NCBI GenBank assembly: GCA_024239035.1
Contig: JANBVK010000001.1
Coordinates: forward strand, 1-40,261
From: Patescibacteria group bacterium
Lineage (GTDB): Bacteria > Patescibacteriota > Minisyncoccia > UBA6257 > GWB1-50-10
Direction: 5' to 3'
Length of the DNA stretch: 40,261 nt
Shown here: one piece after another, positions 26,727 through 34,865 of the stretch
How positions within the stretch are numbered: position 1 is the first letter of the stretch
Layout: the number at the start of each line of letters is the position of its first letter
Notes under the pieces: generated by a model
Told to the model about the DNA's origin: nothing
Database searches by the model: none
What the model saw: only the letters and a program-made list of their open reading frames with translations
Position numbers and translations under genes: made by a program

Positions 26727-27122
26727 ATGAGCGATGTAACAAGAAAATACCGAGTTTTGAAACCAATCGGCTTTGACGGCAGGAAGGAAGTCGGAGAGAT
26801 CCTTGAGATCGACGAAGTTGTTGCGCAAAACATCGGTACGGATTATCTCGAAGAAGTGAAGGAAGGCGGAGGCGAGGGTAATCCTGCTCCCGCTAGTCCT
26901 GGTGAAGGTGAGCCAGCGGTTAATGGTGAGCCCTCAGTCGGCGGTGAAGGCGGTGAAGTGACAAAATCACAGTACAAGGTTCTTAAAGAGCTAGAGTATC
27001 CGGAAGGGACAGCACATGAGGAAGGCGCAGTTCTTGAATTAACAGATGAGGAAGCAGGCAAGTTTGCAGAAGGATCGATTGAAAAAGTAGAAGCTGGGGA
27101 GAGCGGAGGCAAGGGTAATTAA
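26727..27122 (+). CDS. Head-associated hypothetical protein with an internally duplicated small domain
   Basis: KYRVLKPI...VGEILEID and QYKVLKEL...EGAVLELT, separated by a Gly/Pro/Glu linker. Confidence 0.75.
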   Translation: MSDVTRKYRVLKPIGFDGRKEVGEILEIDEVVAQNIGTDYLEEVKEGGGEGNPAPASPGEGEPAVNGEPSVGGEGGEVTKSQYKVLKELEYPEGTAHEEGAVLELTDEEAGKFAEGSIEKVEAGESGGKGN

Positions 27123-27247
27123 TAATAGCGTCCCAAACGATTAAGTTCGTGCTGGAGTCCCTGCTACGTCTGACACAGGCGCGGCAAAAAGTCGAGGGAC
27201 GAGGCGGGTGTCAACCCAAGGACGCTTAAGCGAAAGACAAAATAATA

Positions 27248-27646
27248 ATGAGAAGTTTATACGATGCAATTAAGTTCGTTACCACGCTCGTAGCAGCATC
27301 ACGAACGGCTGATGCTAACGGTGCGGCTGTTGATACCCAAGGGTTTAACAGCGCTGTTGCAGTGATTGATGTCGGTGTAGTTGATGAAACGACAGGAGAT
27401 GAAACCTACCTCTTTAAAGTTCAGGAAAGCGATACCTCTGGAGGTTCTTACGCCGATGTTACAGGTGCTTCATTGACAGTCACCGTAGCGAACGACAATA
27501 AAGCACATAAGATTCGTATTGTAGGCATTGGTTCTAATCGCAAGCGATGGTTGCGTGTGATATTGGACGTTGCTGGTACAACGCCAATCTGTCCATCGAG
27601 CGTTGTTATTGCACTTGGCCGCGCCTACCAGGAGCCACTAGCGTAG
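27248..27646 (+). CDS. Putative capsid decoration/cement-type structural protein
   Basis: Beta-rich: ANG.AVDT.GF, VQESD....Y.DV.GA, KR.LRV. Positional inference. Confidence 0.6.
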   Translation: MRSLYDAIKFVTTLVAASRTADANGAAVDTQGFNSAVAVIDVGVVDETTGDETYLFKVQESDTSGGSYADVTGASLTVTVANDNKAHKIRIVGIGSNRKRWLRVILDVAGTTPICPSSVVIALGRAYQEPLA

Positions 27647-27741
27647 GCAATCTTACCAAGGATTGAACTCTAGCTACGCGTCCTCTTTTCCGGTCATTGG
27701 AGGGGACGCGAAGCGAGGGCTGAACCCTCAGAATTAAAAAC

Positions 27742-28380
27742 ATGGCGGAGAAACTACTTGCATATGCGCTGACCACAGTGCAAAGAGTTAAGGACAGAAT
27801 GAGTATAAGTGTTACTGATAGTGACACGCTTATTCAGCGGCTCATAAATGGGGTAACTGATTTCGTAGAAGGTGAATGCAACAGGCGATTTAAGGAAGAT
27901 ACCTACACCAACGAGGTCTACACGATTCACGGCGGGAAACGGGAGTTCGTGTTTTTAAAGCAAGCGCCTGTCTCCGTCCTTACTACGCTTGAATACCGGG
28001 CAGGAACACCCGGGAACCCGAACTACACCGCGTTCATCCGCGACAACTATGAGCTCCTGGAAGCCGGCAAGTCGGGAATCATAAAGATATTCGGCGGTGT
28101 TCCAAGGGGCATTGACTCAATCCGGGCAACGTATACTGCAGGATACAAAATCAATTTCGCAAACGCAGGTGATGCCGGTGATACAACTCCGACTCATACT
28201 TTACCTGCAGACTTAAGTGATCTCTGCGAACGATTGGTAGTGCGCTGGTTTAAAAAGCGGGATCAGGCCGGGAAAGAATCGCAAGCATTTGAAGGGGGAA
28301 CAATTACGTGGAAAGATCTTCTCGATAGCGAGGACCGGGACACTATTGCGCGATACGTACGGCTCGCACCATTTGTATAA
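27742..28380 (+). CDS. Head-tail connector/adaptor
   Basis: LTT..RVK.......D.LI..LI.......E..CNR.F, P, TYTAGY, LP.DL. Confidence 0.8.
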   Translation: MAEKLLAYALTTVQRVKDRMSISVTDSDTLIQRLINGVTDFVEGECNRRFKEDTYTNEVYTIHGGKREFVFLKQAPVSVLTTLEYRAGTPGNPNYTAFIRDNYELLEAGKSGIIKIFGGVPRGIDSIRATYTAGYKINFANAGDAGDTTPTHTLPADLSDLCERLVVRWFKKRDQAGKESQAFEGGTITWKDLLDSEDRDTIARYVRLAPFV

Positions 28381-28383
28381 ATC

Positions 28384-28842
28384 ATGAGTGAAATAAGAAT
28401 AAAAATTAAAGGATTAAACAGATTGCAAAGGGCGCTCAGGGAGTCGCCGAGGATTAGCGAACCGATCCTTCAGAGAACCATAGATGCGAGCCAGGCAGTA
28501 ATGGCAAAGCATACTGTGCGCGGGGTTGTGCCGTGGAAAACGGGGAATTTGCTGCAGTCGTTTCGGTTTAGTCGTGGCCGGCTCAGAGCACGATGGTTTC
28601 CAAAGGCAAATTACGCGCTTTTTGTCCATGAGGGTACGCGGCCGCACACTATACGAGTGAGGAATAAGCGGGTGCTTGCAAATAAAAAAACAGGCCAGAT
28701 ATTCGGGACCGTTGTTAATCACCCCGGGATGAAGCCAAACCGGTATATGAATCGGATTGTAGATCGATCAGAGAGAGACATTAAAACATTGTTCCAAAGG
28801 GCGGCGGAGAAAATAGCGAGCGCGATAGCAAGAAAAATTTAA
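28384..28842 (+). CDS. HK97 gp10-like neck/tail-completion protein
   Basis: VP.KTG.L..S, YA.FVHEGT, HPG.KPN.YM. Confidence 0.8.
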   Translation: MSEIRIKIKGLNRLQRALRESPRISEPILQRTIDASQAVMAKHTVRGVVPWKTGNLLQSFRFSRGRLRARWFPKANYALFVHEGTRPHTIRVRNKRVLANKKTGQIFGTVVNHPGMKPNRYMNRIVDRSERDIKTLFQRAAEKIASAIARKI

Positions 28843-28843
28843 A

Positions 28844-29278
28844 ATGCTTACCGACATAAAAAATGAAATAAAAACTTTGCTTGATGCGCTCAAAACTGCA
28901 GGGACGCTCGGCTTTGTAATATCTACCGACTTTAAAAAGGACATTACCGATTACAATATCGGCAAATACCCCGCCGCGATTCTTGCTGCACCTTCAATTT
29001 CAAGTGAGGTGATCACCAACAGAGATAATTTAAGGACTTACAAATTTGACATTCTAATCCTAGAGAAGGGCGAAAACGTAACGTCGGCAAACCAAATCGA
29101 AACCCTTGTCGAGACAATTATTGATAAATTTGATAATGACCCAACGCTCAATGGGAAAGCGGACGGTGGGGTCGAGCCGTCCACATCAGAGCCCGAGGCG
29201 ACAACGATCGGTGACCAAACATACATTGCGTTTATCGTAACAATCCGCGCCCGGGCCACAAAAGCATTAACGTTTTAA
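28844..29278 (+). CDS. Putative tail terminator
   Basis: Size and position; YPA, DPTL.G motifs. Confidence 0.6.
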   Translation: MLTDIKNEIKTLLDALKTAGTLGFVISTDFKKDITDYNIGKYPAAILAAPSISSEVITNRDNLRTYKFDILILEKGENVTSANQIETLVETIIDKFDNDPTLNGKADGGVEPSTSEPEATTIGDQTYIAFIVTIRARATKALTF

Positions 29279-29282
29279 TCAT

Positions 29283-29447
29283 ATAATTGAAAAAGCGCAG
29301 AACAAACAAATAACGCAGCCGGACAAGGAGCAGCTGCAAGAGTTCCATTTCTCGGGTGGTTTGGAATATAAACCCCTCACGGTAAGAGCGAAAAACCGCG
29401 AGGAAGCTGAGAAGCTTTGGAAGGAACAACGTAAAAAGGTCGAGTAA
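29283..29447 (+). CDS. Small hypothetical protein with an ATA (non-canonical or mutated) start
   Basis: A 54-codon open frame fills the gap: (I)IEKAQNKQITQPDKEQLQEFHFSGGLEYKPLTVRAKNREEAEKLWKEQRKKVE. No early ATG/GTG/TTG. Confidence 0.5.
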   Translation: MIEKAQNKQITQPDKEQLQEFHFSGGLEYKPLTVRAKNREEAEKLWKEQRKKVE

Positions 29448-29469
29448 AACAAAATAATAAAATATAACC

Positions 29470-30447
29470 ATGAAAGGAATTGGAAAATTATTTCAACTGG
29501 GCATCACTAAGGAGGCGGTGCGGGGCACTGCGGAAGCGGCCACCACATACTGGATTCCGTGGTCAGAGCTTTCAATTGATGAAGCTGATGCGAAAGTTGC
29601 CGATGAGCAAAGCCGCGGAGTGATTGAGGATTCAGTAGGGGCTGAGATTGTAAAGCAATGGGCAGAGGGTAACCTTACCGCGCCAATTGCTGATAAACAT
29701 TTCCCGTTAGTTCTGCTTTCGGCGCTCGGAAGCATCGCGAGTGCTATTAAAGAAACCACTGCTTATAACCATACCGTGACAGTACAGCAAGGGGCGCAGC
29801 ATCAGAGCTTAACTCTGTTTGTTGATGATCCGCTCGGCGCGCAGGATTACAAACACGCGCTTGGTGTGGTGCAATCCCTTCAGATTCGCTACGAGAGAGA
29901 CAAATTTATTGACTACGTCGTGAGTCTACTTGCAAAGAAGGGGGCAACGGCAACGCTTACGCCAGCAAACACAACTGAGAACCGTTTTCTACCACAGCAC
30001 TTAACTTTCAAACTCGCTGCTAATCTGGCAGGGCTTGACGCTGCTCAAGCGACGAAGGTCAAGTTACTTACCTTGACGATTGATAAGAACCTTGAATCTG
30101 ATGACGTACTCGGAAATAAAGAGCCGGAGGACTTCCTTAATAAACAACTCACGATATCAGGTGAAGTTGAGGCAATCTGGGAGAATGAGACCGACTTCAA
30201 AAATGCAGCGGTTGCAGGAACACCGAAGGCAATGCGGATTGACCTCAAGAACAGCGATGTCACGATTGGTGCTTCATCAAACCCGCAAATTAAGATTGAT
30301 CTTGCAAAAGTGGTCTTTGAACCAGTGAGCCGGGCAATCACACTAGGAGATATTGTCACGCAGCGGCTCGCGTTCAAAGCACACTACTCGATATCGGATA
30401 GCAAGATGATCGAAATCGTTGCGACAAACGAAGTAACAAGTTACTAA
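29470..30447 (+). CDS. Major tail (tube) protein
   Basis: GI.KE..RGT N-terminus, beta-rich; position before chaperone and tape measure. Confidence 0.8.
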   Translation: MKGIGKLFQLGITKEAVRGTAEAATTYWIPWSELSIDEADAKVADEQSRGVIEDSVGAEIVKQWAEGNLTAPIADKHFPLVLLSALGSIASAIKETTAYNHTVTVQQGAQHQSLTLFVDDPLGAQDYKHALGVVQSLQIRYERDKFIDYVVSLLAKKGATATLTPANTTENRFLPQHLTFKLAANLAGLDAAQATKVKLLTLTIDKNLESDDVLGNKEPEDFLNKQLTISGEVEAIWENETDFKNAAVAGTPKAMRIDLKNSDVTIGASSNPQIKIDLAKVVFEPVSRAITLGDIVTQRLAFKAHYSISDSKMIEIVATNEVTSY

Positions 30448-30473
30448 TCAAAACCCCGCTCATTGGAGCGGGG
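30447..30473 (-). terminator. Terminator for the minus-strand moron
   Basis: Minus strand CCCCGCT-CCAATG-AGCGGGG followed by TTTTGATT. Confidence 0.6.
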
Positions 30474-30502
30474 GAGAGAGCTAAGTTCTTTGAATCACGT
30501 AA

Positions 30503-30850
30503 TCATGGAGAATAATTAATATCTGGTGTCAGGGATTTTGCAAGACCGTTATCTGCAAAAATACTGCTTGCTGTTACAATCCACCGAGCACCAATCGAGT
30601 CAGTAACGATAAAACCTTCTCCGCCTAGATTACGTTCTGCAAGACCACTGAAAGCATAGTTTGGATTAAGAGAGATGATATGTTCTGCGTTGTTTAAAAT
30701 GAGTTGATTAACTCTATTTACTGCCTTAGGTCCAGTAAGATCTGCTGAATTAAAAAGCGAATCAAGAATAATGATTAGTAAAATAAATCCAATAAAATAT
30801 ATTAGCCAACGGAACCACCGTTTCCCCCATAATGATTTCTTATTATCCAT
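30503..30850 (-). CDS. Moron: single-pass membrane protein
   Basis: Only credible minus-strand gene in the prophage. KKSLWGKRWFRW followed by a TM helix; AT-rich; own terminator. Confidence 0.8.
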   Translation of the reverse strand: MDNKKSLWGKRWFRWLIYFIGFILLIIILDSLFNSADLTGPKAVNRVNQLILNNAEHIISLNPNYAFSGLAERNLGGEGFIVTDSIGARWIVTASSIFADNGLAKSLTPDINYSP

Positions 30851-30902
30851 AAAAATAAAAACAAATATAAAGGTCGACTCTTAATTATTAACTATCATAT
30901 TT

Positions 30903-31226
30903 ATGCCTCAATTACAAGATACCCGGAAAACCGTTAATGTAAAACTTCAGGCCATCGAAGGTGGCGAAGTGAGCGTTTACACCTCTCTACTTGCGAGCGA
31001 TATTGAGAAATTTGATCAGGTAGACGATGCCAGTGACAGCAAAAAGATTGTGCCCTTAGTAACTATGCTTATTAAGGACTGGAATTTGACCAATGATAAA
31101 GACGAAGTACTACCAATCACTGAGGAGAACGTGCGTAAACTCGATATCAGGGATGTTAAAGTGATCCTCGATCAACTGAAAGAAATCACGGCTTTTTTAA
31201 CCGAAGGCGCGGTTGGGAAAAAATAA
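30903..31226 (+). CDS. Tail assembly chaperone (gpG-like)
   Basis: IKDWNLT...E.LPITEEN..KL; lies between tube and tape measure. Confidence 0.8.
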   Translation: MPQLQDTRKTVNVKLQAIEGGEVSVYTSLLASDIEKFDQVDDASDSKKIVPLVTMLIKDWNLTNDKDEVLPITEENVRKLDIRDVKVILDQLKEITAFLTEGAVGKK

Positions 31227-31336
31227 AAACACTTATCTGTTTTAAGATGAAGTGGACAGAGCAAGAATTTTTGAACCAGCGCCTAGATTTTATAGAAGGA
31301 ATTGCGGAGCATATGCGTAATAGACAGAAAAAATAA
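31199..31336 (+). CDS. -1 frameshift extension of the tail chaperone (gpGT-like)
   Basis: In-phase slippery T TTT TTA at 31193-31199. The -1 frame reads NRRRGWEKIKTLICFKMKWTEQEFLNQRLDFIEG... to TAA, 1 nt before the tape-measure ATG. Confidence 0.8.
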   Translation, partial: NRRRGWEKIKTLICFKMKWTEQEFLNQRLDFIEGIAEHMRNRQKK

Positions 31337-31337
31337 A

Positions 31338-32810
31338 ATGGCGAGTACGGTCATCCAAATTTTATTACAAGCGCGAGATGAAGCATCAGCAAAGATGCGG
31401 GGGCTTTCGGGTTCTATAAGGAAACTCGGCGGTGTTGTTAAATCTTTTATTCCCGTACTGGGAGTTATTGGACTGGGTCTTGCTTTCAAAAATATTATAC
31501 AAAGCGCTGCAGAATTTGAGCAGCAAATGTCAAATATAGCAACGCTCATTAGCGGTGATTCAACCGAAGCCATTAAAGGATTCACAAAAGGTATACAGGA
31601 ATTGTCAAAGGTAATTCCCAAAGACCCTAAAGAACTCGGAGCGGCTGCATACCAGATTGTGTCGGCCGGAATATCAGATGTGAATGAAGCGCTTGATGTG
31701 CTGAAGTCATCGTCGCGTTTGGCCGTAGCGGGTCTTGGTACAACTGAAGAAGCGACCGACTTGCTCACTTCAGCTCTCAATGCTTTCGGAATTAGCTCTG
31801 ACAAGTCGGAAGAGACTGCAGCAATTCTTTTTAACACCGTAAAGCAGGGAAAAACAACGGTTGCGCAGCTCTCCCGGGCATTCGGTATGGTTGCGCCGAT
31901 AGCGGCCGAGATGGGAGTCTCTTTAGAAGAATTACAAGCAGCAACCGCAGCTCTCACCCTCACAGGTCTACAAACGTCCGTTGCACAAACTCAACTGAGA
32001 GCGGCAATGGCGTCGCTTATGAAACCGACCAAGGAGGCAAAAGATCTCTTTGACTCGCTGGGCGTCGTATCATTCAAGCAGCTCATAGACAAATCAGGCG
32101 GGCTAGTAGGCGCTTTTGAAAAATTAAAAGAGGCAGCAGCCGGAAATGAGGAAGCGCTTGCCAAAGCTGCAGGATCGGTAGAAGGACTAAATGCCATCCT
32201 TTCTTTAACAGGATCGCAAAGTGAAGCTTTTGCTAAAACAATGGAATCAACGAAAGATGCAACCGTTAATTTTGATGAGGCTGTTCAAAAACAAAACGAG
32301 ACAGCTAAGGCACAATTTCAGCTTTTGAAAAATAAGCTCAATGTTGAATTACAAAAGTTAGCGCTTATTATTCTGCCAGCTTTAGTGGAAATAATGAAAG
32401 TCCTTCCTACTATTGTTAACGCATTTTTTATAAAACCATTCAACGATGCAACTGAAGCAGTCGCTAATGTTATTTTCAAAGTCATGCAGGCGATCGATGC
32501 TATGAGAAGATTTAGAAGTAGTGTTTCGGGCGCGATAAGCTCTGCGTCCTCAAGTGTGAGTGGGTTTGTTTCTAATGTCTTGGGTGGTGCGCGAAATGTG
32601 CTCGGGCTTCAGCACGGCGGTATTGTGACCCGGCCGACTCTCGCTATGATCGGCGAGGCGGGACCGGAAGCTGTAATTCCGTTACGGGGCGCGGCCGGCA
32701 TTGGTGGAATCACCATCAACATGAGCGGAACGTTCATGACGGCCAGAGAGGCAGCGCTTGAATTTGCAAATGAAATCGCAAACGAAATAAAACGGCAGAT
32801 AAGGGTATAA
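31338..32810 (+). CDS. Tape measure protein (TP901-type), short (490 aa)
   Basis: I.L.ARD.AS, FE..MSN, AAYQIVSAG, GKTT..QL, C-terminal GGIVTRPTLAMIGEAGPEAVIPL. Confidence 0.92.
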   Translation: MASTVIQILLQARDEASAKMRGLSGSIRKLGGVVKSFIPVLGVIGLGLAFKNIIQSAAEFEQQMSNIATLISGDSTEAIKGFTKGIQELSKVIPKDPKELGAAAYQIVSAGISDVNEALDVLKSSSRLAVAGLGTTEEATDLLTSALNAFGISSDKSEETAAILFNTVKQGKTTVAQLSRAFGMVAPIAAEMGVSLEELQAATAALTLTGLQTSVAQTQLRAAMASLMKPTKEAKDLFDSLGVVSFKQLIDKSGGLVGAFEKLKEAAAGNEEALAKAAGSVEGLNAILSLTGSQSEAFAKTMESTKDATVNFDEAVQKQNETAKAQFQLLKNKLNVELQKLALIILPALVEIMKVLPTIVNAFFIKPFNDATEAVANVIFKVMQAIDAMRRFRSSVSGAISSASSSVSGFVSNVLGGARNVLGLQHGGIVTRPTLAMIGEAGPEAVIPLRGAAGIGGITINMSGTFMTAREAALEFANEIANEIKRQIRV

Positions 32811-32813
32811 ATT

Positions 32814-34238
32814 ATGGCACTTGTTCTCAAAATAAATACCATCGACAGGAATGACCATATTGCCTGGGATACGCTTACCAAGAGTGAACGGCTGACAAAA
32901 GAGCCCGATATCCTGCAGTTTAACATTAGAGAAACGCCCTCAAAGACGATCCCTGCGCTCGGAGATTCGGTAGAGCTCCTAGAGGACGCAGTAAAGATAT
33001 TTGGCGGCATCATTACCGAAAGGTTGGAGAACGTCATTGGCGGCCGGCTCATCGGGTACAAGATTAGATGCAAGGATCACCACCACACCCTCGACAAGGA
33101 GCTCGTAGTAAAGAGCTACGAAAACCAGACAGCCCGCGCGATCATTCTTGATATCATTACAACCTTCACCGACGGCTCATTTACAACAGCGAACGTCCCG
33201 ACAAGCACGCCGACTATAGGCTCAATAAAATTCAACTACGAGCCGGTAAGTAAAGCGATCCAAAAGATTGCTGATCTTATTAACTGGGATTGGTATGTTG
33301 ACTACGATAAGGACATTAATTTCTTTGATGATCAGACAAATACCGCGCCCTTTGATGTTGAGGATTCAAATGACAAGATAGAGTGGCCAACGTTGAAGTT
33401 AGAGCGCAATATTCACGAACTCAAGAATTCAATCATTGTACGCGGCGGGAAATATAAAAGCACAATTGCCGAAGCTGATGCCGTTGATAAATACGATGCA
33501 GACGGTCTGCAGCGGACATTCCCGCTTGTGTACCGATACAGCAACATCAGCGTTAAAGTCGCGGGAGCTGCGAAGACGGTCGGTACGGACTTCCTTAGTG
33601 ATCCTCTGGCATTTGATTGCCTTTACAATTTCCAGGAAAAACTGATTAAGTTCCGTGAGAACAACAAACCTGCGGTAGGGGATGATGTAGTAGTTTTTGG
33701 CGATTCCCACATACCACTGATCGCAAAAGTGCGGGACCAGATAAGCGTTTCAACTTACGGCGAGTATCAGCACATAATTGTTAAAAAGAACATTATTTCA
33801 ATCACTGAAGCGCAGCAGCTGGCAAAGTCAGAGCTGCGGCGGTGGTCAGACGGCTTATATGAGGTGCGGTTCAGGACAACCGAAACGGGTTTGAAAACCG
33901 GGCAGCAGATACGCATTAACAGCACGATTCGCGGCATTGACAAGAAATTTAAAATAAACGGGATTACGGGGAAAGCCCGGGGGAGTGATCATATGGAATA
34001 CCAAGCGTTTCTCTTGGCATCGGGCGATGTAACCTTTACGGACATGATGGTGGGGCTGCTTGGAAAGGACAGGGAGAACATTGATGTTGCCGATGATGAA
34101 GTGTTGCAGAGGCTTGAGATATTTCCCGAGACAATCAATATTGGCGAATTAGTGACCACAATTAAAAAATCACCTCCCTACACGTGGGGAGTGGGTGGAT
34201 CAAATGACTTCAAATGGAACTTTGCGACATGGGCATAA
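32814..34238 (+). CDS. Tail tip/hub protein
   Basis: Position after the tape measure; WYVD.DK...FF, N.I.V.GG, GL..GQ.I.I. Confidence 0.7.
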   Translation: MALVLKINTIDRNDHIAWDTLTKSERLTKEPDILQFNIRETPSKTIPALGDSVELLEDAVKIFGGIITERLENVIGGRLIGYKIRCKDHHHTLDKELVVKSYENQTARAIILDIITTFTDGSFTTANVPTSTPTIGSIKFNYEPVSKAIQKIADLINWDWYVDYDKDINFFDDQTNTAPFDVEDSNDKIEWPTLKLERNIHELKNSIIVRGGKYKSTIAEADAVDKYDADGLQRTFPLVYRYSNISVKVAGAAKTVGTDFLSDPLAFDCLYNFQEKLIKFRENNKPAVGDDVVVFGDSHIPLIAKVRDQISVSTYGEYQHIIVKKNIISITEAQQLAKSELRRWSDGLYEVRFRTTETGLKTGQQIRINSTIRGIDKKFKINGITGKARGSDHMEYQAFLLASGDVTFTDMMVGLLGKDRENIDVADDEVLQRLEIFPETINIGELVTTIKKSPPYTWGVGGSNDFKWNFATWA

Positions 34239-34732
34239 AGAAACACAATCTAATAAAACTACCTGATAGCTTCGGAGTCCGTGGCAGAATTATTATTAGA
34301 ACTTATAGGGTGGGGACAAAGAAACTTCTTCGCGAATTGATAGTTCCTAACCTTGTGGTTTCAAGCTCTGATCATGGGCGTAACTTGATAGCCCAGCGGC
34401 TAGCCGGCACGAACACCTATACCCTCAATATCACCCACGGTGAGATCGGAACGGGCACAGCAACGCCCTTAAACAACGATACTGCTCTCCAGACCCCGAC
34501 CTTAAGAAAAGCAAAGACACTTGAATCAGTGAGTAATAATATCGTTACTATTCAATTCTTTATGTCAGACGCAGAACTTGCAGATGGCACATACAACGAA
34601 TTCGGGACGTTCGTGGACGGATCGGCAACAATCGGGACAGGACAACTGTTTAACAGAGCATTATTTGCGACTCCCTACATAAAAGCAAGCGGCGAGGATA
34701 CTACCGTAGAGGTTGAATTCACGATCACGTAG
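34214..34732 (+). CDS. Tail/baseplate structural protein; start may be ATG 34229
   Basis: NLVV..GR, IGTGT.TP...DTAL, EFG.F, LFNR. Confidence 0.7.
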   Translation: MELCDMGIKKHNLIKLPDSFGVRGRIIIRTYRVGTKKLLRELIVPNLVVSSSDHGRNLIAQRLAGTNTYTLNITHGEIGTGTATPLNNDTALQTPTLRKAKTLESVSNNIVTIQFFMSDAELADGTYNEFGTFVDGSATIGTGQLFNRALFATPYIKASGEDTTVEVEFTIT

Positions 34733-34735
34733 ATG

Positions 34736-34860
34736 TGGTATAATTAGGACATATAATTGAAAATCAATACTCGCGATAGGCGAGTTTGAGTCTAAGTGGA
34801 ATAACCATAGGACTCGCGGTTTACCTGATCTCCAGGATAAGCTGCGGGTCCCTTTTATTT
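34736..34860 (+). promoter_or_regulatory. Late promoter and attenuator leader, copy B, upstream of tail fibre and lysis genes
   Basis: TGgTATAAT; hairpin; core GTCTAAGTGGAATAACCATAGGAC (34790-34813) overlapping terminator GGACTCGCGGTTTA/TAAGCTGCGGGTCC plus CTTTTATTT. Confidence 0.8.
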
Positions 34861-34865
34861 AAACC

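Noticed and set aside
31215-31221. GGGAAAA as the lambda-type slippery site of the tail chaperone
   Set aside because: It is read GGG AAA A, out of phase for X XXY YYZ slippage; the in-phase T TTT TTA at 31193 fits better.
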